Assembly (NCBI RefSeq): GCF_018350175.1
Contig: NC_058383.1
Coordinates: 29,204,001 to 29,268,000 of the forward strand
Direction of reading: 5' to 3'
Origin: Felis catus
Taxonomy: Eukaryota
Length of the DNA stretch: 64,000 nt
The notes under the pieces were generated by a model. It saw only the letters and a program-made list of their open reading frames with translations, was not told the origin of the DNA and did no database searches. The translations under genes were made by a program, and so were the position numbers. The first letter of the stretch is position 1. Each line of letters opens with the position of its first letter. This document shows, one piece after another, positions 1-12,695 of the stretch.

Positions 1-99
1 CTCTGAGCTGTCAGCACAGAGCCCGACGCGGGGCTCGAACTCACACACCGCGAGATCGTGACCGGAACGCCCACCCCTCTGAGCCACCCAGGTGCTCCC
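1..99 (-). mobile_element. SINEC_Fc-type Can-SINE, 5' half (cut by window edge)
   Basis: Reverse complement of SINEC head (gagccacccaggtgctccc; gggctcgaactc B-box). Confidence 0.9.
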
Positions 100-110
100 G
101 GGAGGCCTTC

Positions 111-445
111 TTTTTTAACAAGCTTGAGTGAAATCTACTTTATACATCATAAAACGCGCCTACCTCCGTGTTTGTAAATTCACAGAGCCGTGCGACCATC
201 ACCACGATGCAGTTGTGCGACTTTCACCCCCTGCCCCCCAAGTCCTGGTGCCCGTTTGCAGTCCTTCCTGTGGTTGGGCAGCATCTTTTCATGTGCTCAG
301 TGGACTTTTTTTTTTTTATATACCTTTTTTGGAGGAACGGCTCTTTAGATATTTTGCTCATTTTTCATCGGGTTATTTGCCATCCTGTTTCTGAGGGGTT
401 AGGGTGCTTTATATATTCTGGATACAAGTCGAAGGAAGGCATCTG
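111..445 (-). mobile_element. Ancient L1M fragment
   Basis: Resembles L1M 3' region in antisense (aaattcacagagccgtgcgaccatcaccac; catcttttcatgtgc; tatattctggatacaagtc). Confidence 0.65.
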
Positions 446-1801
446 TGGTCTGTTTCCAGTGCAGGCCCAGGCCGGAAGGTGGTGAGATCCCACAGTTAAG
501 ACTCTGCCTGGACCACCGGGCCAGCTGTCTGTGGAGCCTGAGGTCTGAGCCGGCTTGGCTGGGGAGGGCCTGGGGGGAAGCTCAGGGCCCTGGGGTGCCT
601 CTGGGCCCCAGCTGGCCTGGGATTGCAGTCAGAGTGGAGAGGGCAGTTCTCCTGACATCTGCCTGGGAGGGTGGGGATACTCTGGCCCTTGACCCCTGAC
701 CCTTCTCCCTTGCAGTGAGGGAGTCCCCTGAACCCTGGTCTTGGCTACCTTAGGGCCTCCAAGCCTGACTTATTAGACCCCTGACTTAGACCCCAGCTCC
801 TTCCAGAGGGCCTCAAAGTGGCCTTTGGGGTTCATGCCCCCTACAGAACCCCAGGCTGGGGGCCACCAGCTTCCAGAACATTCTTTCCTTTCTCCTCCTA
901 CCCCACCTCTAACCCCCAAGCATTAGAGCTGCTGGCTTTGAAGATTGCAGTGTGAGCCCAGAGGCAACCAGACTCTGTTTTGTTCACCCAGCACAGACTC
1001 AGGGACTGGGTCTGTCCCCCAAGGGCTGATGAGGATTTCTCACCCAGCCCAGCCCTAGGAGCCCACACCCTCTCCTTGCTGGACTAGAATCCCAATGGAA
1101 TTGTACCACCCCACTGTGGGATTTGCCATCATGATTCTTCTGTTCCTAAAAGGAACAGAATCTCATGGGAAGGAGACCAGGACAGGTCTCCTTCTAGGTC
1201 TGGTGTCCCTCTCCGGGAGCTGCGGGCAACCTCAGGCTGGTGGCCTGCCTCCCTATTCCTGTCCCACACTCTTTGGGTGTCACAGCATCATCGCGCTCTG
1301 TGTTTCCTGACCCATAAAGTTTAGGTTAAATACACATTAATCACTAGGAGTCACTGCCCTCCTGACGCCATACCCACCCCTGCAAGGTGAGGGACATTTA
1401 CAAAGGGTAGTGCAGTGGCTCAGGCTATCCCCCTAGGAGCAGAATTAACCTGGGTTTGGGTGCAGCTTGAGTCACAGTGACCAAGTGACTCTGAACTCAT
1501 TTCCTTTCCTGTCCTTGCTTTCTTGCGAACATACAAAGAGGGAACATAATTAAAGCATTAGCGTGATGCCTGGTCCTCCAATGTTCAGTGAAGGAAAGTG
1601 AGCACCCCACTGGGCAATGGTGGAGGAGACCCAGCAAAACCCTGCCCTCTGAGCCTTTCTCCTGGCTTCCTTTGTGCACTGGCTGCCACCTTCCTCTATG
1701 GATAGGAGGTAGCAGCCACAGCAAGAAGGCTTGCTTCCTGTTCAGTGTCCTGGCTAAGCAGAGTCCTAAGCAGGATACACAACACTCAGTTGAGTCCTAA
1801 G

Positions 1802-2010
1802 CAGCGTTGCCAGATAAAATACACGACACTCAGTTATTCAGATAAAAAAATGAGTAAGTTTTTAGCATAAATATGTCGCATGCAACCTTTGGGATATACT
1901 TACACTAAAGTGGGCTATACTTTGGGATATACTTATACTGAAAAAAATTTATTGAACTGAAATTCAAATTTAATTGGGTGTCTTGTATTGTTATTTGTTA
2001 AATGTAGTCC
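1802..2010. mobile_element. MER53-like palindromic hAT MITE
   Basis: gttgccagataaaataca...ttcagataaa...tttgggatatacttatact...ctgaaattcaaatttaattgggtgtcttgtatt matches remembered MER53 consensus. Confidence 0.8.
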
Positions 2011-2909
2011 TGATTGCAGGCCCTACCCTCCACCCCTGAGCCTTGTGTCAGCCCCAGACTGACTGATTTAGGTCTGGGCCGCTATGTGTAGGACTAGGAT
2101 TGGTTTAAGCCAGTCAGGGTTCACTTTGGGCTTGTGGGTGATGTGGGGTCCACGTCTTCCACCAGGCTGAAGGGGGTGCTGGGGAAATCACCTCAGGTCC
2201 CCACAATTGGGATGGTGCTGGTTACCGTGTGTCCCTTCCCTTGCCCACCCAGAGGGACTTTGTGTAGAATGAAAAATCCACAAACCCAGGCAGTGTTTGA
2301 ATTTCAGTCCCTTCTTGTCTCTGCTTCGACGGGAGTCTTGTCTGTTTCACAGATGGAGAGACTGAGGCAGGGACCCCTGGAAGGGAGTGGCCATAGTGGT
2401 ATCCTGCCAGCAAGAGACCACTGAACATTACTGAGCAGTGCCTGCTGGCCTCTCTTACCCTGTTAGCATCGGGAATTTTTCCAGGGCTGGGATGGTTCTG
2501 TCCATGCCCCTCAGCTCTGAGGTGCAAACACCTCCCCCTTTGATGTCGGAATGGGAGGGGCATTACTAGTCATTGATGTCCCTTACTGAGGGCTCAGGAT
2601 AGGCTGGAAGCCATCCTGGGAGCTTTAGGGAGGTCAGATCCCCTTGGGAGGCCGATACCTGCTTGTAGTCATGGCCCAGAGGAGGGGGAAGGATGGGCTA
2701 CAGTCACATGGAGACTTAGCCACAGCCTGGGGCTCATACTCGGCCCCTGGCTTCTAATGCAGGTGGAATTCTTCCCAGCACCTCACTGCCAGCTGGACTC
2801 AGGTTTCAAGGTCTCTGCCCGGGGAAGACATGGGGGCACTCTGGATTATAACCCCGCATCTCATGCCTGCTGCACAGAGGGCCAAAAGAATGTGCCAGAG
2901 CTCCCACTG

Positions 2910-3130
2910 TTTTTAAGTTTATTTATTTTGAGAGAGAGAGTTGAGAGAGAGCAAGAGCATGGGTGCCAGCGCAGGGGAGGGGCAGAGAGAGAGGGAGAGA
3001 GAATCCCAAGCAGGCTCCTCACTGTCAGCGCAGAGCCTGAGGCAGGGGTTGATCCCACGACCATGAGATCATGACGTGAGCCAAAATCAAGAGTCACTTG
3101 CTTAACCAACTGAGCCACCAAGGTGCTCCC
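2910..3130 (-). mobile_element. Can-SINE (SINEC_Fc2-like)
   Basis: T-rich tail, (GA)n, gaatcccaagcaggctcc, gagccaaaatcaagagtc, head. Confidence 0.92.
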
Positions 3131-6100
3131 CTTATGTTTTTTTTTTTAAGCCTAGAAAGGGGACCTCTTGGGTCTGGGGGTTGAGAAAGGAGTGACTAAG
3201 ACCCTTTCCCAGAAGTTAGAATGGAACACTTGTACTCCTGATGAATGTATGATGGTCTTAGGGTACAGTGGTGAGCCATGCTTTATTCTTACAGTTACAT
3301 GTTGTCCTTAAAGCCACGAGGGCGGGTGTAAGTGGCCCCTTGGACTGGGAGTTCACCAGGTAGTGACAGAACATTTCCATCTCAAGTGCATAACGGTTGT
3401 ATTTTTTAAGGGCCCCTCTTGTAAAGGGGATTAGGTAAGTGACTGTGGGGATAACACACACCAATGCAGCGACCTGAAGGGGCCGGGGAGACAGTGATGA
3501 AGTTTGGCAAATGTGATCTTGGTGGAAGCAGCTGGAAACAAAAGCCCATAGCCTCCTCTACCTTGGGCTTCCTGCTGCGGCCACAGCCAAGTTCTGCTGC
3601 CTGGGTTGGAAAGAGTGACTCCCAGCTGGCTTGCCTCGGAGGTCAGGGTGACCGTGAGCCGGGCCCTGTGCCCACCACGCAGCCACACCCACCCAGCTTG
3701 GCCAGTAGCTCCCGTGGCCCTCGTGTGGGTGCGGGGCCCGGGGCTCCCCATCCCTGGGCCCCGCAGAGCAGACTCCCCCTGCCGACATCTGGGGAGCCCC
3801 TCAGGGCATGCATCAGCTCCCCTTGGGGTCTCCCCAGCGCTTGCACGGGCCTCGGCCTCGTGTCTCCTTGGCAGGACCCCAACGGCCAGGGGGCGCAAGC
3901 CGTTAAGCATTTGACCCCCGACCAACTGGTGTGTCTAAAGTAGGATAAAGTTCGGACCGCCGGGGTCCCAGCTCTGTGGCTCCTCGCCATGTCTCTCCGA
4001 GGCCTCCTGCGGCTTAAACCACAAGATAGGAGGGTATTTCTGGCAGGGCTTGGCATACAGTAAGTGTCAGATAAGTGCGTGTTTGGAGGTTGCTGGACCC
4101 TCAACTCGCGGGTCTTCCTTCATTCATCATTGACACCCGTTTGGGAGTGTCTCTAGACATCAGGCATTTGCCTTTGGGTGTGAGTAGAGAGCCAGGTACT
4201 ACCCTCGGGGGACAGGCAGGGGACAGGATGGTGTTTCCAGCCACCCTCCGCTCTGCCTTTGCTGGGGCCCGTGCTGAACGTGGGTGATGGAACGAGGCGT
4301 CTAGGAGACGGAGGGATGGGACAGAGGCCCTTTGGATCGAGGGCTGTCTTAGAGGAGGGTCAACCCTGGCCTGGTGATGGCTCAGCCGTCTTTGTCCTTC
4401 ACTCTGAGGGTTGAGGTGCGTACTACAGGGGATGGGTCCCCAGGTAAAGGCCAGGAAGAAGCGGGGGGCTCCCTGAGGCCCATCCCATGGGTTTGGTGTC
4501 GGCCAAGAGGCAACTCTTGGGGATTCATGAAGACCTGGCGTGCCACCCCCTGTCCCTCCGTCTTGGGAGTGTCTTCTTGATATTGAACATGCCCTTGACC
4601 CCTTCCAAGTATCAGGAGCATGGCCAAGCGGTGCAGATGTGTGGACTGCCGAATGGGATCCCCCTTTAGAGGTGCTGTGATAGAAGTGACCCTGGGTACA
4701 CAGGGGTTAGTTCTACCAGGGGAGGGGGGTAAAGAGGAGCTGGGGAAAGTTTCAGGAGGGAAATGTCCGCAAAGCAGCTGGGACAAGGCAGAGAAGGTGT
4801 TCCAGGAGGAGAGCGTGGCCAGTGCAAAGGCCCTGGGGTAGGAAAGAGCCACGACATCAGCCCAGTTGCATGGCCTGAAGCCCCTCACACTGTTGCTGTT
4901 TTACAGATGGGGTAGGTTTGGGGTCAGCTGAGAGATGGACCGGCTGCCCTTCTGGGGCACGAGGCACCACGTATCTCCCCGATCCCAGCCCAAGTCAGAG
5001 GATCGCTGGTTTCTACAGAAAATGCCTCCGCAGCACTGTTGTGTGAGGTCTAAAGAGGAGAAGACTGAACCTGAGGTGGGAGCTGGGCCAGAAGGGCAGC
5101 TCCTCCCCGGGCCTGGGGGCAAAGGCCATGTCCCCTAGAGGCTGGGCCCGCGAGCAGATCTGTCCCTGTGCCAGGCCCCGCTGATTCACTGCCTGTGCAT
5201 GTGGATGAAAACATTCCAGCAGGTTCTCCTCTGGGGCCACCCCGGCAGGGCCACAGGAAGCGGCTCCCCGGCCTGGGGCTGGGCCCGGAGGTGAGCTTTC
5301 TTGGCAGGCATTCCAGCTGATTCCTCCTGTCCCTACTTGAGCTTCCCCATGACAGCCCAAGGGGCAGACTGGGGAGTGGGGGTGGGGGGGCTCATCTTCA
5401 GCCTCCCGAGCCAGCCTCAGATTCCTCATCTGAAAAATAAGGACAATGCCACCTGCTGCCTGAGCCTCTTACAAGAGGTCGTGCTGGCCTGGCACTCACA
5501 GAGCTGGTCTGTGCTTCATACTACGTATTCGTTCTCTGCGGAAGGAAAGGCCTGGAAAGTGGGGTCACAGCCCCGAGCCACCGAGATGCCGCCTGGGGCC
5601 AGGCACAGGGCGCCCAGGAGAAGACAGCACAGACATGTCCTCGTAGGGGGCAAGGGTGCCGAGGGGGTACCTACTTTAGACACGATGCTTTCTTGCATCT
5701 GAGATGTAGTTGTTTTCCCTCCGATGTGAATGATTTCCAAGATCTGAATGTCTTCCAAATAGCAAGCCTGTTGAAGAGGCCTTGACATAACGTGCTTATT
5801 GTCGCTCACTGACGGCTGGTTGCTTGCGGGGCCCTGGGGAGGCAGCAGGAAGGAGATCGATGAAAGCCCGGTATGAAATAATCTGTGATATTGGCCTAAT
5901 TCGGTGGCTTGAAGCCAGTGAAGGGGTCACTTTACAAGGGGGTATGGTTGGGGACGGCCGGCAGATGAGTGTTCTCCCACCCACGCACACCCACCGGCTC
6001 AAGCCGTCTCTAGATCTGCTGGGAAAGCATTCCAGGCACAGAGGGTGGTGTGTGCAAAGGTCCTGAGGCAGGATGGAGTTTGACACATTCAGGGGCTGAA

Positions 6101-8161
6101 AGATTAGTGAGGCTGTTAGAGAGTGAAATGAGGGAGGGGGTAACATTCAGAGAGGTTGCCAGGGGCCACATCATGTTGGATGTTAGGGATGAGGTGGGAT
6201 TTGAACCAGTATATGTACATTTTTGGTCTCCTTAGATGCTTTTACCAGATCAGCCGTGGGTTAGGGAGGAAAGCAGTTAATTGAATCCTGTGTGCTGCAT
6301 GACTTTAAAAGGCTCTGGGGGGCCCCAGGGAATGGGGTCCCCTCACCCCAGGGAGTTCAGGGATGCTTTTCTATGAGATGAAACTCCAAGGGCGAGGGGT
6401 AGTGGAGGAAGCTGGGAACCACTGTCTGTGTCCCAACTGCAGCTCCTCTAGGATTCCCTGAGGGCAGGAGAAGGAGGAGAGGGGCCTGGGGAGGCGGCCA
6501 GAGGCTGGTCCACCAGGGTTCCCTCTGTCTGAGGCCGAGGGGCAGAGCCGGCTACAGTCCAGCTTCGCGTGGCTTGTCCAGCCCCTAGATTCTATATATA
6601 TTTTTGGAATTGTGGCGTTTATAAATCAGGATTAAAAAATAATCCAGGTGTCTGACTTGCTGGGACAACAGAAAACTCTGGCAGCCCTGGGCCCACATTC
6701 CTGCATGACAAGCACAGGTTGGAGCCGAGTGACTGCTGCCCAGCGTTGGGGGCCTGGGAGCCCCCTTGTTCACAGCCCCCACCACGCCTGTCGTCTCCCA
6801 CCTGCCTCCTGCACTCCTGGGTCCCTGGCCTCTCCCTGAGGGCCTGTGAGTCTGTGGTTCCAGCTGGGGGCAACAAGAGGCCTCGTTAGGGAGCGCCATG
6901 GAGACTGGGGGATGGCTTGGAGGGGACAAAGTGTGCCAGGAGCCCGAGGTGTCATGGTCTCCCCACCCTCGGGAGCTGACAAGCCTTGACCGCAGGCAGT
7001 GGGTGTGGGATGGAAGGATGGCTCACTCTAGCCTCTGGCCCAGACCGGTCTTTCTGGATTTCTCACGATGACAGCCCGGGGCTTTGTCACCTTCTCCCCG
7101 TTGCCCTCCATCCCTGTCCCATCACGTCCTTCCAGCTGACCTCTGATCCCGCAAGGAACCTCTTCAAATCTGGATCAGACCCTCCAGAAATTGCCCCATA
7201 AAGCCAGCCAGGAGGTGGTCATCGGCATTAAGTGAAGGCTTTCGGCCCCACCCCGAGGCTCCCTGGGTGCGGAGCCTTGGTTCGGGGTGCCTGGCTGGTG
7301 GGAGGGCCTCTGCAGGGTCCCCAGGGCTCTGCTTGCATTTGCCCCGTGCCTGTGTGCACCCTCAGTCAGGAACCACTGACCAAGGTTGTCGGTGACTCAG
7401 CACCCCGTGCTGACAGTGCCTGTGGAAACCAGAGTTGCTCAGGGCTTTTCAGAAGGAGACCCTAGATAGAAGCTTCCGGCCCAGGAGGGGGCAGAGCCGT
7501 GGGGCTTCCCCTGCGTGTGCGGGTCTCACCGAGCACAGACGGTCTTGTCCCCGTGGGCTTCGGGCTGGAGACATCGCTTCTAGCTGCTTCTAGCCGTTTG
7601 TCTCTCCCCCACACACCAGCCATTCATTTTTGTGTGGTATGGCCTTCTTTTCCTCTCTGGGGGGAAGAAACGCTTCAGGAGGGAAGGAAAGTCACGGATG
7701 GCTGTGGTCGTGTTAGGAGCACTGGCCACAGCTCAAAGTCCCTGGATAGTACTGGCCCCATTGCGCAGAGGGGGAAATAAAGGCTTGATGGCACAGTGAT
7801 GAGGGAGGGGGTAATTGTTTCTGAGCTTGGCAGCCGGGAGGCCTGCCCTTCGCCTTCAAGCCCCTGCTGCAGCCCTCTGGCTCCTCTGTGACGGGTGATG
7901 TCGAGAAGGCCAGTCACTGGGGTGGCCGGGCTGGGGGCTCCCTCCCAACTCCCCTCACCCCATTTGCCAAACCTGACTGGCTCTTTCTGGCAGGAGTTGT
8001 GGTCTTTGGCCTGGACTAGCCAGGCCCCTCCGGTTCCCACCTTCCCAGCTATGGCTAAGTGTGGGCAGGTGTTCAAATGGGAACAGAGAGACATTTTTCC
8101 GTTTCCTTCCCAACACGGGCTTCAGCTGTGTGCACATGCTTTAAAACTTAAAATCACCCTC

Positions 8162-8385
8162 ACGCCTGGGGGGCTCAGTTGGTTAAGGGTCTGACTGCTG
8201 CTCAGGGCATGATCCCGTAGTTCATGAGTTCGAGCCCCGCGTCGGGCTCTGTGTTGACAGCTCGGGGCCTGGAGCCGGCTTCGGATTCTGTGTCTCCCTC
8301 TCTCTCTCTGCCCCGCTGCCACTTGCCTGCACTCTTTCTCTCCCTCAAAAATAAAAAAAAAATTAAAAAATTAAAAAAAAAAGAG
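8162..8385 (+). mobile_element. SINEC_Fc with 16-bp TSD
   Basis: Full body plus A-tail; aaaacttaaaatcacc at 8143-8158 and 8386-8401. Confidence 0.95.
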
Positions 8386-8449
8386 AAAACTTAAAATCAC
8401 CTTCAAAATAACGTTTTCTGAGGGCCTTAAACTTGGTGCTTTACCTGCA

Positions 8450-8770
8450 CATTTGAATCACAGCTCTTCAAGCTAATGCCTCCGTGACCTTGGGCAAGTT
8501 TCTTAAGCTCTCTGTGCCTTGCTTTCTCGTTTGGCAGATGGGGGTGGTGATGGTGGTCTAATCTTGAGGCATCTGGTATGCAGAGTCCTTAGTGCAGGGC
8601 CTGGCACCACGTGCGTTCAGCGCATGGCTGTGACCACCTCACTTGGCCTCCGCAGCAATCCTGTGACATTCATTCATGCCTCCACTGGACCCATTTTATA
8701 GTTGAGGAAACTGAAGTTCAGAGCAAGAAGTGACTCCCCCCCCCCCCCAAGGTCAAGACATCATTGTAAA
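8450..8770. mobile_element. MIR fragments
   Basis: Core motifs gtgaccttgggcaagtt...ctctgtgcct and ccattttatagttgaggaaactgaag. Confidence 0.65.
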
Positions 8771-9189
8771 ATCTCTTGAAGTAATAATGCCATTGAGGAG
8801 ATGAGGTGGGGTGGACAGTCACGGCCACCCCTGTCCCCCAGGCACACTGAGAGACCAGATCCCCCTCCCCAGCAGTGACCAGCCCCTCCCCCACCCGAAG
8901 CCTCCCTTGCCTAGGAGCCAACTCCCCCCAGGTCTCCAGACGCTGCGGCCACCTGGGGACACTGCGTGGATCTGACCTCTTCTCGGGACTCTGCTCTTCC
9001 TAACACCCCCCACCCCCGCCATTAGGAGCCATCTCCCACCCCCCATCACTCACCCTCTAACCCCACTTCCCAGAAAGTTCTCTCTCTCTCTCCTGGAGTT
9101 CAAAACAGCCCTGTGGACCCCTTTTGGCCTGGCCCTGCCCTGCAGATGGCCCGACAGACGTGTGACCCGGCGTGGCCGGATTCCACAGT

Positions 9190-9345
9190 GGTGGTTAAGC
9201 GTTATTTATTTCCTTTGATGCGCGCGTATACACGCACAGCCGCCTGGCAGGAAGCCCGGCTGCGGGCGATCAGTGAGTCAGGGCGCTGGGCTCCCGCGCG
9301 TGCGCGTGGCTGTCCGGGCGGACGCGGACCCGCCCCTGCGTATCA
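9190..9345. promoter_or_regulatory. Small CpG-rich candidate enhancer
   Basis: Local CpG cluster with CCTTTGATG (9212-9220), CAGGAAG (9248-9254), TGAGTCA (9274-9280), CCCGCCCC (9329-9336). Confidence 0.4.
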
Positions 9346-9349
9346 GCGT

Positions 9350-10510
9350 TTTTAATTTAACGTCTTTACTTTGGAAAATTTTGAACATGCACGGAAGTCG
9401 GGAAGACCAGACGGTGATTCCGGCATCCCCACCCCGCCGCGTCACCCCTGGCAAGGTTTAGCAGTCTTGCTTCATCACCTCCTCATGGGCTCCCTCTCCT
9501 GCTTTTTCCCCATTTGGCTGGAGTATTTGAACGCAAACGGCAGACATCGGAGCATGCGTGTCATTTACAAAAATTTTTTTTAATTTGAGTTATGAAATAA
9601 TTTTAGAGCCGCAGGGAATTGAGAAGATAAAGCCACATGGTGCTGTGTTCCACCCTTCACCCGGTTCCCCCAATGGTTACACCGCACGTAATTATGCTAC
9701 AATACCTAAACCCCGAACGAGATTAGGAAGGTGTGTATGTGCCTGTGGTTCGACGGCATTCTGTCACGTGTGTGGATGCACTTTGCCACCACCACAGGAG
9801 AGAACAGAACTCCTGAATCACTGTGAAGATCTCCTACACCCACCGCCCTGTCCCCCCATCCGCGAGCCGCGGGCAACCACTGATCTGGAATCATCTGTAT
9901 AGTTTTGTCGTTTGGGAAGGTTATATAAATGGAATTTCATCGCACGTTCCCCTGGAGACTGGCCTTTTTCTCCCCCGCGCACAGCGTAATGCCCCTGAAA
10001 GCCATGAGTTGTCTTGCTTTTTTTTTTTTTAATTGTTATTTTTTAATGTTTATTTAATTTTGAGACAGAGACAGAGACAGAGCTTGAGTAGGGGAAGGGC
10101 AGAGAGAGAGAAGGAGACACAGAATCCAAAGCAGGCTCCAGGCTCCGAGCCGTCAGGACAGAGTCCGACCCGGGGCTCGAACCCGTGAACCGCAACATCA
10201 TGACCTGAGCCGAAGCCGGACACGTAACCGACTGAGCCATCCAGGCTCCCCTGAGTTGTCCTGCCTTTTAAGGCTGGGTAGCAATCCACCAAATGGACGA
10301 ACCCCAGTCTGCTTAACGGGCCACCTCTCGAGGGGCGTCAAGGCTGCTTCTGGTTCTTGGCCACCGTGAGTAAAGCCGCTACAGATGTTTGTGTGGATGG
10401 AAGTTGTCGTTTCTCTGGGGTAACTGCCCACTCAGGAGTGGGGCTGCATAAATGTCTACATCGGCGTTCAATATTTAAGAAGCAGACAAGCTCTTTTCCA
10501 GAGTGGCTGT
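9350..10510 (-). mobile_element. Ancient L1M (MC/MD-like) 3' fragments interrupted by a SINE
   Basis: gaaataattttaga..., ggttcccccaatggttac, ggcaaccactgatctg, gcttttccagagtggctgtac typical of antisense L1M. Confidence 0.75.
10018..10251 (-). mobile_element. SINEC_Fc
   Basis: Full antisense body; near-TSD tgagttgtcYtgc on both flanks. Confidence 0.95.
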
Positions 10511-11893
10511 ACAGGCTTAGCTTTTGGAAGTAAAGCTTTTGTAAACAGGAGCTCCGTGGGGCTGGCCCGGGGCGTCCTCAGCAGCCTGTCCGCGCCCCAC
10601 ATCCACTGAACACCTCCTGTGTCCCGGGCTCCCGTGAGGTCCCTTTCCCACAGGCGAGGTGCAGCCCCGCTTTCCAGGAGAGCGTTCTCCAGCTCAGAGA
10701 CAGCTTGCCTGAGGCCACAGCCAGCAAGTGGGGAGCACCGGGATTCAAATCCAGCCCCGTCCGGCCCAGAGCCTGTGGGGTTGACACCCACCCTTGCTGC
10801 GTTGCAGAACGTGGTACTGAATGTTTGGGGGAGCAGGGAGCAGACCAGAGAAGGGGAGGACGTGGTGGGGAGCACAGACCTGGTGATAGGAGGGGAGGCG
10901 GGGCCTGCCCAAGGCCTGGCTTCTCTCTCCTTGCTGGGCTGACCTTTGTAGTACCCCCTCCCTCCCTCCATCACAGGTGGAGCTGGTCCTGTGTTGTTAG
11001 CCGGGTCTCCTTGGCCCCAGGAGGTGACCTTGCCTTCCCTGCCACCTTGGTCCCTGCACGGGTGGGCTCCCCACCAGCCCCATCTACACCCTGGAACTTC
11101 CTGTCCTCCCCTGTGAGCCTAAGGAGCTGTGGGTAACGCACAGAAAACCTGTCCTCTGCTCACCCTTCTTCCCTGCCGCCACTTCTGAGCCTCTATCCTC
11201 TTTGCTGTGTCTGATGTCGTGAAGATGCCCTTGGCGGTGAGAATAGCAATACCTACTGTTCACTGGATGCTGTGGCTGGTACTCGGATATATGACTTCAT
11301 GTGATCGCTGTGGCCATCCTGTAGGCAGCCCCGATTACCGCCACTTTAGAGATAGGCATTCAGAGGCTCACCCAGTTCACAAATGGTCCGGGTGACTCTG
11401 GAGGGACCCTAGAGATGAAGTTTCTGCCTGGCCCGAGGTGTTCCAGGCTGACCCTTCCCTCCAGCCAGTCACTCCTTACCTCACACCTTGCCTTCCCAGC
11501 CGTGTGAGCCCAGGTGGGTGACTTGGGCTCTCTAAACCTTCTTGTCACCTCCCAGCAGGGGAATCAGGCTTTCCCAACCTGGCCTGACCATCAACAGACT
11601 GACAACCTGAAAAACGCCCAGTGGTCAGAAGGCAGACAGGGGCACTGGCAGGTGAGGGCCCTGTACCCCGGGCGTTGGTCCCAGTACTGGCTGTGACCCT
11701 GGGCAGGTCACTTTCGCTCAGGGCCCTGTCACATAGCAAAGATGATTCTTCGGACAGGATTTGCTGAGTTGACTCCTACGACAGCTCTCTGTGAACCGTG
11801 GTGCCCGGCGCCTGGTGTGTGCTTTACCCTTGAGGGACTCACAGCACACTGGGGAGTCAGGAGTGAACAGACCATCACCATACAGCGTGGTCT

Positions 11894-12123
11894 GGGGGCA
11901 CCTGGGTTGCTCAGTCGGTTAAGCGTCCAACTCTTGATCTTGGCTCAGGTCATGATCTCATCTCAGAATTCGTGGGATTGAGCCCTGCGTTGGTATCTGT
12001 GCTGATGGCATGGAACCTGCTTGAGATTCTGTGTCTCTATGCCCTCCCCTGCTTGCTCTCTCTCTAAAAGAGAGGAAGGAGGGAATGAGGGAAGGAAGGA
12101 AGGAAGGAGGGAGGGAAGGAAGG
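11894..12123 (+). mobile_element. Can-SINE (Fc2-like) with GGAA-rich tail
   Basis: ggggcacctgggttgctcagtcggttaagc head; tail decays into (GGAA/GGAG)n. Confidence 0.9.
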
Positions 12124-12343
12124 GCACGAATCAAGGTCTGGAGGTGTACAAGTATAGTCACACACCCCTCCCCATCGCCATGTGTCCCAGAGGGTGTGAA
12201 TTGCCCAAATCACTCTCCACAATGGCCTCCCTTCTGGGTGCTGAGATTTACTTTAAGACTGGGCAGTTTCTGTCACGCCCAGTGACATGACACTGCAGCG
12301 TCTCCTCCCCTGTCCTTAAAGATTTACAGTGTCATCTCTGCTT

Positions 12344-12695
12344 CCATCTGTCTGTCCATCTGTCCATCATTCATCCATCTACCCATCCATTTATCTGTCT
12401 GTTCATCATCCATCCATCATCCATCCATCCATCCATCCATCCCTGCTCATTATCCATCCATCCATCATCCATCCATCCATCCCTGTTCATCATCCATCCA
12501 TCATCCATCCATCCATCCATCCATCCATCCATCCATCCATCCATCATCCATCAGTTCATCCCTCCATCCATGCATCTGCCTATCTGTCTGTCCATGCATC
12601 ATCTATCTGTTACCCATCTATCCATCCATCCATCCATCTGCCCTCTGTCCAGCCACTCCTCCATCCAGCCATCCGTCAGTCCAGCCAGCCAGCCA
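12344..12695. repeat. (CCAT)n imperfect microsatellite, about 350 bp
   Basis: Directly visible; abuts an antisense L2 3' end (caacaggtatttattgagag...gtgccaggccctg). Confidence 0.95.
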
